DNA of 64,000 bases from the human T2T-CHM13v2.0 reference genome, Homo sapiens. The position numbers were made by a program, and so were the translations under genes. Where the stretch lies: assembly GCF_009914755.1 (NCBI RefSeq), contig NC_060926.1; one strand, written 5' to 3'. The first letter of the stretch is position 1, and every line of letters starts with the position of its first letter. Of the stretch, positions 16,077-29,286 are shown in pieces. A model generated the notes under the pieces. That model made no database searches. It saw only the letters and a program-made list of their open reading frames with translations, and was not told the origin of the DNA.

Positions 16077-17194
16077 CTACAACAGCAAAAAAAAAGTATT
16101 TATTTCTGATGACACGTAAACCGTGTTACAAACACAAACCACTGTGATGTGAGGTAAGCATTTCTGTAGGATTGATGCCTCGAAGTGCAAATGCTTTATT
16201 AAGGAGTCAGAGGAACAAAGCTTTGATGTGGACATTTCTGGCCTAGTGAAGGCTCTGCATGAACTACAAAGCCCACTCTCTCTTCTATTTCATTCTAAGA
16301 GGTTTTGTTGTTCTATTCAACCACATGACAATGGCTGGAGAATTACTTCCCTTGGTTGTGCTTTTTGTGTTTAGAAAAATTTTCTTCATTTATCTTCCCA
16401 CTCCTGCTTCTTCCATAGACTTCTACCAATTTCTTCTATACCATCCTTGACACACATGACAATGCGTACTCTTTAATATCTACAGGGCATATTTTTAGGC
16501 TTAGAATGCCTGAATTAGCCCCAGATTAGAAAGTCCACAACTCATTATCTTAGGATAGAACTGACTATAACACTTGAAATTTACTTCCAGAAGGTGGTAC
16601 CTGGAAAATTCTCTAAGTTCTGCCCTGAGGGTGGGAGCTACACAGTCAGGCAGTGAGATAAAGAACTTGTGTGAGGACACACTCTGAATGTTTCCCTGGC
16701 TTTCTATGATTCCAGAAAGGCATTTGTAGCTTGGGTTTTCCTCATTTCCCTCAGGCCACTGTGTGTGTGCGCGTGTGTGTGTGTGCCCTATTTTCTCTTT
16801 TCTAAGTGTAGCTCTTTTTTGACTAGAGACAACTGTTTTCCCTTTAAGTATCAATTCATTGATTCGTCTATTTGCTCATTATTTATGGAAAGCTGACTGC
16901 ATACCAGGGTCTTAGCAGGCACTGAGGGAGGACAGAGCAGAGGGCAAGGAAGGCCCAACCCCTTCCTCTGTGTACCTTCCATTAAGGCGGGGAGGCCAGC
17001 ACGACACCACTACTTCCACACACACCTATGTAATCACATTTGATGAGCACTTCAAACACAAAGCAGGTGCCATCTGGATGAGTGACAAGATGGCCCAGCT
17101 TTGTCTGTTGGGTCAGGGAACAGGGAAGGCTTCTTAGAGGAAGTGACAACTGAGCTAAGATCTGAAGGATGGGTAGGAACCAACCAGACCAACA

Positions 17195-17345
17195 AGGGGA
17201 AGGGGGGTATCCACCCCCTGCAATATGGTTTGTAATAGCCACGGTGCGGGTGGGGGTGGCGGGGAAAGGGGAGTGCAATTACTCCCCATATTGCGGGGAG
17301 TGTCCACCCCTGTGATATGGTTCATAATAGCCAGGGAGGGAGAGT
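17195..17345. repeat. SATR1/SATR2-like satellite fragment, about 1.5 units
   Basis: TCCACCCC..TG(C/T)(A/G)ATATGGTT..TAATAGCCA occurs twice around ATTACTCCCCATATTGCGGG. Confidence 0.6.
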
Positions 17346-18175
17346 GGGAGAGCTTCCCTTCTCCACTGAGGAGGGGCTGAGTGTCAAAGGGATCACTGGG
17401 TCTTGCGGGAACTAGGTGGATATTGTTTGGCTGGAGGGCCTTGGGTGTTTGAAAACTGAGGTAAATGCTGCCAGTGCATGGGTAGTGAGAGTCGAGGTAG
17501 AGAGAGGGTGTGTTGTGGTGAGTCAGAGACCTCAGCTATTTGGAGAAAGCAGCTGGAAGCATGAGAAAGAGAAACTGAGGAGCTGCTGAGATATACAAAA
17601 ATATAGGGTTTGGTGGAGATTGAGTGTTTTGTGGAACTTGACCAGGGCTGATGGCATCAGAGAAAAGATGGGTTTAAATCATTGTGGGTGCAGGGCTAGG
17701 GATAAGAAGTCAATTGGACTTGAAGCCTCAGAGGTTGCCGAGAGAAATTTTGGTCCAATGTATATACGATGCCTGGATTATTTCATTTTTCTTATGGATC
17801 AAGTATGGCTTACAGATAAAGCAGCATGAAGCAAAAAATGAAAAGCAGATACACATTAAACTTAAGAAAGGAGAAATACATATTTTATGTACTTATAATA
17901 ATGTATAGTTTATATCTGTTGCCAGAAAACTCACATTGTGGTAAAATAAGCTGCCTTGCCACGGAAGGAATGAGTTTGTGGTAATTTAACAATGGTAATA
18001 ATTATACGTGTATAGACTTTCGCACTTCATGAAATATTTCTCATTTTGATCACATTTTGAAATATTTCTCCTTTGGATCACATTTGCTACAACCTTAGGT
18101 AGCAGAGACTCTGTTGATATCATTTCTTGATGAGGAAATAAGGATATCAGAGGTAAAGTGACTTGCCCAGGGTAA

Positions 18176-18640
<465 letters not shown>

Positions 18641-18932
18641 TGAGTGTGGTCAGTGGAAGCAAACCATACTCCAAGGGGAGTGTGATCCTATTAAACACAC
18701 TTCTGGTATTTTGGTCTGAAGTTTTATGGTGTCTGGGCTTAAGGGATTAGGACATTCTATCTGTCTTGAGGGAGGCATCAAATTATGCCCTTAACATTCT
18801 TCCTTTGTAGTATTCAAACACCTGCCTTTCTGACACTTCATGAAATGATTAGTCTCATCCTGTAAATAGGGGAATTACCTCATGATGCTGTGAGTTAGAG
18901 AAGATGCTAGTATTTCAGGTCAACATACTCAC

Positions 18933-19019
18933 CTGAGTATTTACTGTTGATACAACAAATGTCGACACTTTGAAAAGTGGTTTGCCACCATCAACCCATT
19001 TAATGTCACTCCCACCATG
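18933..19019 (-). CDS. DOCK10: DOCK10 exon (~22), 87 nt: HGGSDIKWVDGGKPLFKVSTFVVSTVNTQ
   Basis: ttttgcag acceptor, GTGAGT donor; KWVDG.KPLF motif. Confidence 0.95.
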
Positions 19020-19382
19020 CTGCAAAATAAAGTTTGTTTACTGTCACTGGGACAATTCGAGAGAAAGAAAATAAATAGATTGTTTAGTTTATGTTAATGT
19101 GCTGTTCTGATCCATTAATCTTATATCAGCTACAGGTGGAAAATAAAAGATGCAAATACATTTAGCACTATTGGTAGATGAGACCAATATGACATCGGGA
19201 TCATTTTTAACATATCATTTCCAGTGGCCATAAGCTAAACAAGAGATGTGGCATAGGTACACTTGATTCATAGCTACAAGGGACATGTCCACTATGATCT
19301 TAAGTAGCAGAGAAAGAAGATAATCTTATGCCATTAAGCTGGTGTGCTTTTTTAAAATCTTAAATTACACATTATTCAATAC

Positions 19383-19504
19383 CTTTCCACTTGCAGAATC
19401 TTGAAAGCTTAAATAATTAGGAGGCAGACTTGTTGCTATTGGGATGTTGTACTCTTGAGAAGCTATCTGATCGTGTTTCATCAGAGGAAGCCAAGCATAT
19501 CCAA
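19383..19504 (-). CDS. DOCK10: DOCK10 exon (~21), 122 nt: (V)GYAWLPLMKHDQIASQEYNIPIATSLPPNYLSFQDSASGK
   Basis: gcacag acceptor, GTATTG donor; within ORF 19365..19550. Confidence 0.96.
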
Positions 19505-19698
19505 CTGTGCAAAAGAATAACCAACAAAAATTCTGAGTACAAACCTCCATGGTAAGAAGTCACAATAATGCTATTTATTATTTACGAACACTAAATTTCA
19601 TGAAAAATAATTCAATAAATCAGGGCTTTGAAAACACTCTCCAAACCAATTCAAACAGAAGACATGTGACTCTGCCTCAGATTTCTTCCTGGCAGTAC

Positions 19699-19822
19699 CT
19701 GACGTTTCCAGAGCCTCCTTCTTTTTGGCATTAGCTTTTGCATTGATGTCACAGGTGACGTGATAAAAAGAAAACAAAATATGGTGTTTCTCATGGAGTT
19801 GTGTTGGTAGCTCAATTTTCAC
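19699..19822 (-). CDS. DOCK10: DOCK10 exon (~20), 124 nt: VKIELPTQLHEKHHILFSFYHVTCDINAKANAKKKEALETS
   Basis: gttgcag acceptor, GTACTG donor; within ORF 19598..19966. Confidence 0.96.
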
Positions 19823-19903
19823 CTGCAACGAAAGAAACCATAGTTGGACTGAGATTAAAATCATTTGCTCAATATCAGAGCAAGACAAAGCATAGCTTTT
19901 TAA

Positions 19904-20225
<322 letters not shown>

Positions 20226-20586
20226 TAGGTCCATGTTTAATAGTGCTGGATGCACTCATTTAATGCTCAATAAATATTGTTTCTGCTAGCAGTGATGTAT
20301 TCACATGTTGATATTTTTACTTTTTTATTGTGATGGATGATGATAATTTAGAATACTTAGTGTTTCTCATTAGATAATTCATGCTACTAGGGTATGGACT
20401 AAATACATGCACATACATATGCATAAACACACACACAAATGTAACTGCAGAATATAGATAAGACACACATCAAGGAACTGTCATTAAGGGACACGAATTG
20501 AATAAACAGTAAGTCCGTGCCTCCCAAAGTGCGGCTGGGGACCAGTTGCATAAGCATCACTTGGCAGTTCATTAGAAATGCAGAAG

Positions 20587-21056
<470 letters not shown>

Positions 21057-22039
21057 CTCAGACATTAACCTAGACACACTCAATTGCAATCTGCCCTTTC
21101 ACAGGATCCCCAGACAATTCATATGCACATTGTTGAGTAATATGGTATAGTAAATGATGCAGCTTCGGCATGGAATTGATCTCTTTTTTTAAAACTAACA
21201 AACATATCTGTGTTACTGTGAGAACTAATGAGACATTTTGGGAACTGACCATGCCGTAGCTATACAAATAATGCTTCTGAATGCAAATAAAATAAAAATG
21301 GATCTAGGTAAACAATATACTGAATGAAGGGCATACTCCCTATTTCTGGAAAGAATTGTTTTCAACTAACTGTTTACATTTTATTGTGCTTTTGAGTTTT
21401 CAAAGCCCTGCCACGTACACCATCATTTCATTTTCCCCAGTAGCCTTGTGAAGTAGCATGGCACAGTGTTAGGAAGCAGGGCTGCACATGTTAGGGGGCT
21501 CTGAGTTACTGTGCAGGTGGTGTGGTCAGTAAAAGAGGATCTTTCAGGACAAGAACCCACATCTTGGGATGATCACTTTGCATTGGAACTCCGGTAAGCT
21601 GCAGGCAGCTCAATCTCAGCAACTGAGTAGTTCCCAGAACTGTCCATATTCTCATGTGAAAAAGCTCATGGCTTTCATGAGGCTTCCAGGAAACACATGA
21701 GAATGAGAAAGATTAAAACAGTTAACAACAGTAAGAATATTAATTTTTTTAAAAATCATATATCTACAGAAAATGCATCTTCCAGATGGGCTTTGTCAAC
21801 CAGTTGACCCTTTGGCCAACCAATAGCAGTAAATATTGTGTAATGTGGTCATGGTTTTTGCTTAACTGTTTTTCACTTTCTGTCCTGAATTTGTGGGGGA
21901 AAAATTAAAGAGCACTAAACGCATATGGAAGAGTGAAAGAATGTCAGGCAGGTAGTTTCACTGATGTTCCTTTAATTGGTTTTTAAATGATTAATGTGCA
22001 CAGTGTGGGAGACAGAAAGACAGCACCCACTAGATGTCC

Positions 22040-22470
22040 TGAATGTTCTAATCCTGCCAATATGCCACCTTACCTGGTAAGTAGGACTTAGCAGATGTGA
22101 TTAAGTTAAGGACCATGAAATGGGGAGATTATCCTGGATTTTCCAAATGAGCACAGTGTCATCACAAAAGTCCTTATAAGAGGAAGGCAGAGTCATAAGA
22201 GAAATGATACAGAAGCCGAGGTCAGAGTGATGGGATTGTTGGGAAGGCTCAAAAGCCAAGAAATGTGGGCAGCCTCTGGAAGCTGGAAAAGGAGATGAAC
22301 TGGAACCTTCCCTAGAACCTCCTGAAGGTTCGTCACCCTGCTGCAAGCTCGATTTTAGCCCTGTGAGTCATTTCAGACTTCGTACCACCAAAACAGCAAG
22401 ATAACAATTGCATACTGTTTTAAGCTGCTAAATGGTGATAATGTGTGAAAGCAGCCATAGAAAACGTCTA
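22040..22470 (+). mobile_element. MaLR LTR (MLT1-like)
   Basis: GGACTT.GCAGATGTGATTAAG..AAGGA, GGGAGATTATCCTGGATT, GCAGCCATAGAAAAC motifs. Confidence 0.75.
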
Positions 22471-23159
22471 CAAAAGCTGTGATATTGTGAATCTCAGGCA
22501 TCCCATCAGCAGGCTGCACTAGTCAGACCTTCACTTTATGGTTAGAAATTAAATTTTTTCACTGAAACTTCTTTGTCTAAAGTTGTTTGTAACGTAAGCT
22601 AACATGTATATAGTAATTGACCATGAGCCCAATGACTTTCTATGTGTTAGAGCAGAATGGTGAAGCTTCAGGCTGTGGAGTCACATGGTCTGGTTTGATT
22701 TCTCTCACTTATTATGTGCCCTTGGTAAAGTTACTTGACTTCTCTGAGCCACAGTTTTCTCATCCATCAAATAGGGAGGTAATAATAGTGCCAACTTCTT
22801 GGAATTACTGTGGGGATTAAGGGAGATGATGTGTGCATGGAATTTAGCTTGAGGCTTGGCACACAGCAGGAGTCTTGGAAGTCTGCCAGGGCAAGGCTTG
22901 TTCCCTGTCATGTTTAGAGATGACGGGATCCAAGCTCCCTTAAGTTCAGGCATGTTATAAGCCATGGAATTGGCTCAGGCTCTAGTTCTCTGTTCTCTTC
23001 CTTATGACATGAAATGCTGCCATTCATTGGTAAAGCTATTTAACACAATCTCTTCACTAGTCAGTGAAATAAAAGAAAAAAAATTATTCACTGAAAAAGA
23101 AAAGAAGACAAGATATATCCCAGCACTAAAAGCATCTTTTTTTTAAATTTAAATTTTAA

Positions 23160-23453
23160 TTTTTTTAGTTGAGATGGAGTCTTGCTCTGTTGCCAGGATG
23201 GAGTGCAGTGAGTGGCATGATCTCAGCTTACCACAATCTCCGACTCCCTGGTTCAAGCGAGTCTCCTGCCTCAGCCTCCCGAGTAGCTGGGATTACAGGC
23301 ACGTGCCACCACGCCCAGCTAATTTTTGTATTTTTAGTAGAGACGGGGTTTCACCATGTTGGCCAGGATGGTCTTGATCTCCTGACCTTGTGATCCGCCT
23401 GCCTTGGCCTCCCAAAGTGCTGGGATTACAGGCGTGAGCCACTATACCCGGCC
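23160..23453 (-). mobile_element. Alu (AluSc-like)
   Basis: Reverse Alu consensus. Confidence 0.92.
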
Positions 23454-23686
23454 AGCATTCCATTTTTTTTAAAAGGTCACTCCTGTCCTGAAATACATGA
23501 ATTTGCAACGTACTCCTGGAACAACTGCCAATTAATATAGTTTAGAAATATTGGTAAGTACATACCTGCCAAGGCATGTCCTTAGTCTGATGAGGTCTAG
23601 AGAGAGTGTTTTTCACTGCACGGTTATCTGAACATTTACCCACCTTTCTTAGGAACCGCTGGGGGCAGTGGAGGGCTAGCTCTTAC

Positions 23687-23779
23687 CTCATCTGAGAAAT
23701 CCGGATTCTGAGAGTGGTGCAGAACTGCTGTGTAGGCGGCTGAGGTGAAGAGGGGCCCTCCAGGTTTTCCATAAATACA
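23687..23779 (-). CDS. DOCK10: DOCK10 exon (~19), 93 nt: CIYGKPGGPLFTSAAYTAVLHHSQNPDFSDE
   Basis: ttttcaaacag acceptor, GTAAGA donor. Confidence 0.95.
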
Positions 23780-24035
23780 CTGTTTGAAAAGTTATGAGTT
23801 GAACAATTATGAGTGTCTGAAATTATCCCTGGGTGAAAAAAAAGTCCATAACTCTTCAGTACCAACCCTGGGACAATGGCAAACTTTGTGATAACTTGCC
23901 AGGCTAAGCTGGCATCTAATTAACCTTGAACTTCTTTGGCCTACTACCCTGCATTTATTATACAATGAAAGCTGCTGAAGATAATTTGATGGCTTTCATT
24001 CATCATATAGTTAATACGCCAGGGCCAAATACCTG

Positions 24036-24701
24036 TGGGACAGGAATAATACAGGGTGGCCACAGGAGAACAGAAAATTCCAGGCAGAGGTTTCACATGC
24101 CTAGCAAAAAGGATACTGTTGAAATAGCTGCAAAAGTCAGTGGCCAATAAGACCCTAAAAAATGAGATGCGGGCCAAGCTGGTTAAGACCAACTGTACCC
24201 AGCATGGTGCTGGATTTGACCTAGGTTTCTCCTAGGACCTCATTATATGCTCATTGACATACTAAATCACACTCCCCCCAGTACCTGGGCAGTTCTAAAG
24301 TTTCTTTAGAAATCTTCATGAATATAAAGAAACCCATAAAGGTAGAAGCCCTAAACCTTTTTGCAGATGACTATCTCTCTTGAGTACACCCACACTCTTC
24401 TTTCCTGAGTGTGTTCTTTTTGCTTTGCAGTAAATCTCTGTACTTTCACTATTTTCTGAGTCATCCTTGAAATCCTTCTCATGACAGTGTCAAGAGCCTA
24501 TTCACCGGCTGGGGCTGGGATCCCAAATACACTGTTGAAGAAGTTATGAATTGAACAATTATGAGGGTCTGAAATTATCCCTGAGTGAAAATAAAAGGCC
24601 ATAACTCTTCAGTTACCAACCCCAGGAAAATAACAATGACTCAGACAATGACCTGGGACAACGGTCAGTGTTTGCGGACCTCCCCTAGCCTATGGGTATC
24701 A
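24036..24701 (+). mobile_element. ERV1-class solo LTR carrying a ~137-bp non-LTR insert
   Basis: TG...CA termini with 4-bp TSD CCTG (24032-24035, 24702-24705); AGTAAA polyA-like signal; class inferred from TSD length and motifs. Confidence 0.75.
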
Positions 24702-24789
24702 CCTGGACCAATCTGACTCTTGATTTACATGGAATAAGGGCTAACTTGTTTAAGACTGATTCCTTTAGAATGGCTTCCTGAACAGGCCT

Positions 24790-25148
24790 TGATATGGTCA
24801 GGCTTTTCTCCCCACCCGAATCTCATCTTGAATTATAATCCCGACATGCCAAGGAGAGGAAGTGACTGGATCCTGGGGCCGCTTCCCCCATGCTGTTCTC
24901 ATGACAGTGAATGAATTCTCAAGCAATCTGATAGTTTTATAAATGGCAGTTTTTCCTGCACTCACACATGCTCTCTCTCTCTCACCTGCCACCATGTAAG
25001 ACATGCCTCTTTCCCTTCCACCATGACTGTAAGTTTGCTGAGGCCTCCTCAGCCATGCAGAAACTGTGAGTCTATTAAATCTCTTTTCTTTATAAATTAC
25101 CCAGTCTCGGGTAGTATCTTTATAGCAGTGTGAGAATGGAGTGATACA
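24790..25148 (+). mobile_element. MaLR solo LTR (MST-like)
   Basis: TGATATGG...GATACA termini, ATTAAA, 5-bp flanks GGCCT/GGCCC. Confidence 0.88.
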
Positions 25149-26556
25149 GGCCCCATGGAACCAGCTCTGGTCTAGAGTTAAGGTCTTGTGCAACCACAAG
25201 GCTTGGATGGACCCCAGCTCCTGATACGCCAGCTTCCAGGATAGGGCTGGTTACCATCTCCACCACAGCATGCTACTATTCTGTCCAGCCCCAAATCAGG
25301 CCAGGGCTGTGATATGGCACTTCCTTATAACTTATAAGCCCCCTTTGTCCAAAGCTCAGGACCCCTCTTCTGGAGTCTGACAGTTAGCTTTGCTGTATCT
25401 CTGTGTGGTATTTTAGAATGCAGTGAAGCAAGGGACGCACATGTGATTGTTATTCTTTTCTAGAATTTTCCTCACAAAAACACTGCTCTACAGGCCAAAC
25501 GTGCTTGCCATCTGATCATTGCCTCTGTTTGCCTGACAATTATATTTCACTTGAATTTTTCTCTCCTGATGCTAACACTATTTTGGAGTTGGGTGCCAGT
25601 GGATGCTGACAGTGGCTCAAGACCTTCTTTTTTTTTTTTAAAAAAAAAAAAAAGACTCTTTTTTATATTTACCTGAATTAATTGCTTGATTAATTCAATC
25701 ACTCAAATTGATTATTGTTCTTCTGAATAATGCTACAAATTAGAGGACTCAATTTGTACCAGGCAGAGTGCTTTAAGAGACTACCACAGAGAATGGTGGG
25801 GGTTAGTTAGAAATTAGTTTTGTCCTCTACTACCTCATTCCTTTGATTTGCCGAAGCTGGTAAGATTGGCAGCAGGCCCACTACAAATAATTTCCCCCTC
25901 ATTTTTTATGGGTTACTTTATGTTGTTTGAAATCCCTAAAATAAAAACCACATACTATATATCAAATATGAACTCTAAAAAATGCCATCCCGTTGCAGCT
26001 TTGTAGAGTGAAACACCACAGTTCCTACAAACCTCATAGTTTTATGGATCTTACTAAATCATGTGATCAGCAACCGGGACTGACTTCCCAGAGCCATTTT
26101 TCCAGTTCCTCAGGCACTTGGCCACGTGCACCTTCCATAATGTGAGCATCCCACGGGTCCCCCACATTAGCTATTGGGCCAGTATGCGGCAGTTCTGCGT
26201 AGACCATACGAGGGCCGGCTGGGGTGTTCTGTTTTAAATCAAGCACGCCGAATCGAGAGGCAGGCTAATCTTTGAAAAAGGCAACATTTTCCACAGGGGA
26301 GTCTTGGCATTTATTTCACATGAGAATGGTTTCCTTTTTTCCCAAGTCGTGAAAAGCTAAAAGAGCTATGAGAGAGGAATTTCTAATAGATCTAGTTAAT
26401 GAGGACTGTTAAATCAGGTATGTTTCAGATCTAAAACAAATGTATTAAATTACTGCTCTTTCAACCACACTCACATAAAAAGCCCTGCAATGGTGGAAAG
26501 AATCCCTGCACCTGCCTTCCCACTTTATGCTGGGTCCCTTTGCTGACTTGGCTCAC

Positions 26557-26622
26557 CTTCAGGGGCTTGGCACTTTCTTCATCTGAATTTTTGAATTCAA
26601 TGCACACAGTTATATTCCGTGC
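26557..26622 (-). CDS. DOCK10: DOCK10 exon (~18), 66 nt: ARNITVCIEFKNSDEESAKPLK
   Basis: atttcag acceptor, GTGAGC donor; DHR-1 ARNI motif. Confidence 0.95.
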
Positions 26623-27114
26623 CTGAAATTACGGAGAGAAAAAATGGAAATTGTAATTTCCTATCAAATAACATAAAAAACCCAAGTGCCTAAAATAAGT
26701 AGCTTCTAATTAATCCAAAAAATGTAAAATACCCAACATTTTCTTGTGACATTATCCATAATCTTTTGAAATAACAGAAGGATCTGGAGAGTGTACTTAA
26801 AAGGGAAGTAAAAAGCTCATATTGAAAGGGGGCAGGCATGCTATTTTTAGAATATCTTAAGAAACTAAAAAAAATAGTCGAACAAAATTATTTAAGACTG
26901 ATTTAGAAAAGATTATTAATATGCTACGAAACTGCATCCTTAAACACTTCTAAGATAAAACTCATCAGTGCCTCTTACTAAACATCTTCTCCAAACGGTT
27001 TTCTATGACAGAGTGTTGCCCCATAGTAATTTGTATTTGCACATTCAGGAACTATCTTATATGGTCTAAATACGGTGAAAAGAAAAGATGATATCTCTGG
27101 AACTTATATCATAC

Positions 27115-27302
27115 CTTGTTGAAGCATTTCTGGCTATCATACTTGAGGTGTTTGGGGTAAATATAAATTTGATTTTTATATACTCTGTAAGGCCGACAAT
27201 ACTTTGTTGAATCGTAAACAAATTCTTCCACCTCCACTGTGGGTTCTGTTTGAGCCATCATGTTGAAAGGCTTGACAGGGATAAAGGACGATGTTACACA
27301 AT
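27115..27302 (-). CDS. DOCK10: DOCK10 exon (~17), 188 nt: (N)CVTSSFIPVKPF...YRVYKNQIYIYPKHLKYDSQKCFNK (C2/DHR-1 start)
   Basis: ttttaag acceptor, GTATGA donor, phase 1 to 0. Confidence 0.95.
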
Positions 27303-29021
27303 CTTAAAAAATCAGAAAATAAGAGTTTGTCATTTAATATGGTTCTTTTAAAGTGAACAATAGTTAACATGTTTTAAAATGAACCCACTCAAGATAGAAA
27401 CTCCTGGCTTGTACACCAATTGATATTAGCTTACGCTAGCATGAAAAATTTGTAGGAGGTGGGCATGGCAGATTAACAAGCTACGTATTTAATATTAAAA
27501 CTGATGTCTCAGAAAAAAACAGTAAATCTTTTAGACGGATTTATAACTATTTTCTTTTTGTATTAAGCTTTCCATAAAAATAAATTTTAACTAATGAACC
27601 TCTGAACATAGTAGCCAGATATTATAAGAAATAATCCACCAATCTTTGCTATAACACTATAAAAATAATGCATATTCTGATACATGACTGAAAAAAGCTT
27701 TGTCCAATAGATCTATTACTGATAGTACCAGATAGATTAATAGCAATATCTCTCTAAATATCTCTCTACAGAATGGATTTCACAGCATGGGCCTGAAGCC
27801 CCTCTCTTCATCAGTAGATACGGTTTATTTATTTTTCTCTTCAGTTTCTACCACCTTTTAAAACCTACCCTTGGAGGAACAGCTTAAGAAATAGTGATTA
27901 GGAATTTATAAATCAAAACTTCTGTCACCAAACAGTTTGAAGCCTGAAGTTGTGGTACTGAAAGACCAAGGCCTTCTACCTCCCTTTACCCCACCTGGAA
28001 TCTGACTGTGTTCTAAAAAGCAAAATGATTAGCTACGAATGCTTGAGAATCAGATTACTGTTTTCTTTTTTCAAAAACCAATTATGATATTTTTATTATA
28101 TGTTCAAATTTCTCTAAGATTCTACCATTCTTCCAAAGAGAATATTGAGTGCCTCATTTGTCGTGTTTCATTTCCATATCAGGTAGAGGAAATGACTTGG
28201 TTTATCCTCTGCTTTTTCACACCAATCAATATAAAAATGATTTTGAACCATGGCTTAAGTTAGAATGCTCATTACATTTCATATTAAAATGACTTGTAGA
28301 AAGTTACAAGGATGGAAAACTTAATACTGCAGTGGCAATCCAAATATCCCATGGCAATAGTCCTTTCCCTGTTTAGAGTTCATTATAGGAGGCCTTTATT
28401 CTTTTTTTTTTTTCACATTGCTGAAAAAGTCACTAAAGGGTAGAATCAGAAATAACCAAACAAACCAATTTTACCACTTAAAAATTAAATTCTGAAACTC
28501 TTTTATAAATAAAGTTTAAAAAACTCCTTCTAAAATTGAGATTTTAATGACAATACTTTTGACCATATTCTGAAAAAAATATATGTTCTCTGTATAATAA
28601 CAGAGTCTGACAACATTTCAGTTATAATCATTGCATGGCCACTTGAGTGGCTACGCAGTGTTCAGAGTAACCCTCTGGCAGCACAATATGGCAGAACTAG
28701 CCTCTATTTTGAGTGAGAGGAACTCCCTCAATGGGAGAATATATTGTCCCATTATGGATTATTGGTTTGTTAATCTATCCAAATCTGACTTTCCTCCTCT
28801 GAAACCCTCCGGGGTTTTGAGGATTAAATGACATAATTTAATACCTTGTTAGGTGCATGGTGCATACCAGGTAAGTAAGTGTTAGGTTACCCTGAATATA
28901 GTTCTTGCCCTACAAAACTCATCATCTGTCTTAGTGAAGCAAAAAGAAGCTCCACATTTCTGTAGCATCATGAATTCCATATATTTCAACTTTTGGGAAA
29001 AAAAAAACCCAAAACCTTGTA

Positions 29022-29073
29022 ACCAACCAACTAGCCAACCAACCAACCAACCAACCAACCAACCAACCAACCA
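29022..29073. repeat. (CCAA)n microsatellite
   Basis: Read directly. Confidence 0.9.
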
Positions 29074-29138
29074 AAACAAACCCACTAAATATTCAATATT
29101 CAAAACTCTGCAACCAAACCATGACATCATCATCATAC

Positions 29139-29218
29139 TTGGATGCTCCAAGGGAACGTTGTCAACAGCAATATCCAGGCTTCCAGGAATGGTCTGCATT
29201 TTGCTTATTCTGTCGGCC
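29139..29218 (-). CDS. DOCK10: DOCK10 exon (~16), 80 nt: ADRISKMQTIPGSLDIAVDNVPLEHP
   Basis: cttacag acceptor, GTATGA donor; within ORF 28882..29358. Confidence 0.95.
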
Positions 29219-29238
29219 CTGTAAGAGTGCATGAGCAA

Positions 29239-29240
<2 letters not shown>

Positions 29241-29279
<39 letters not shown>
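29241..29279. repeat. (AC)n microsatellite; reads (GU)n in the pre-mRNA, ending ~22 nt before an exon acceptor
   Basis: Read directly. Confidence 0.95.
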
Positions 29280-29286
<7 letters not shown>

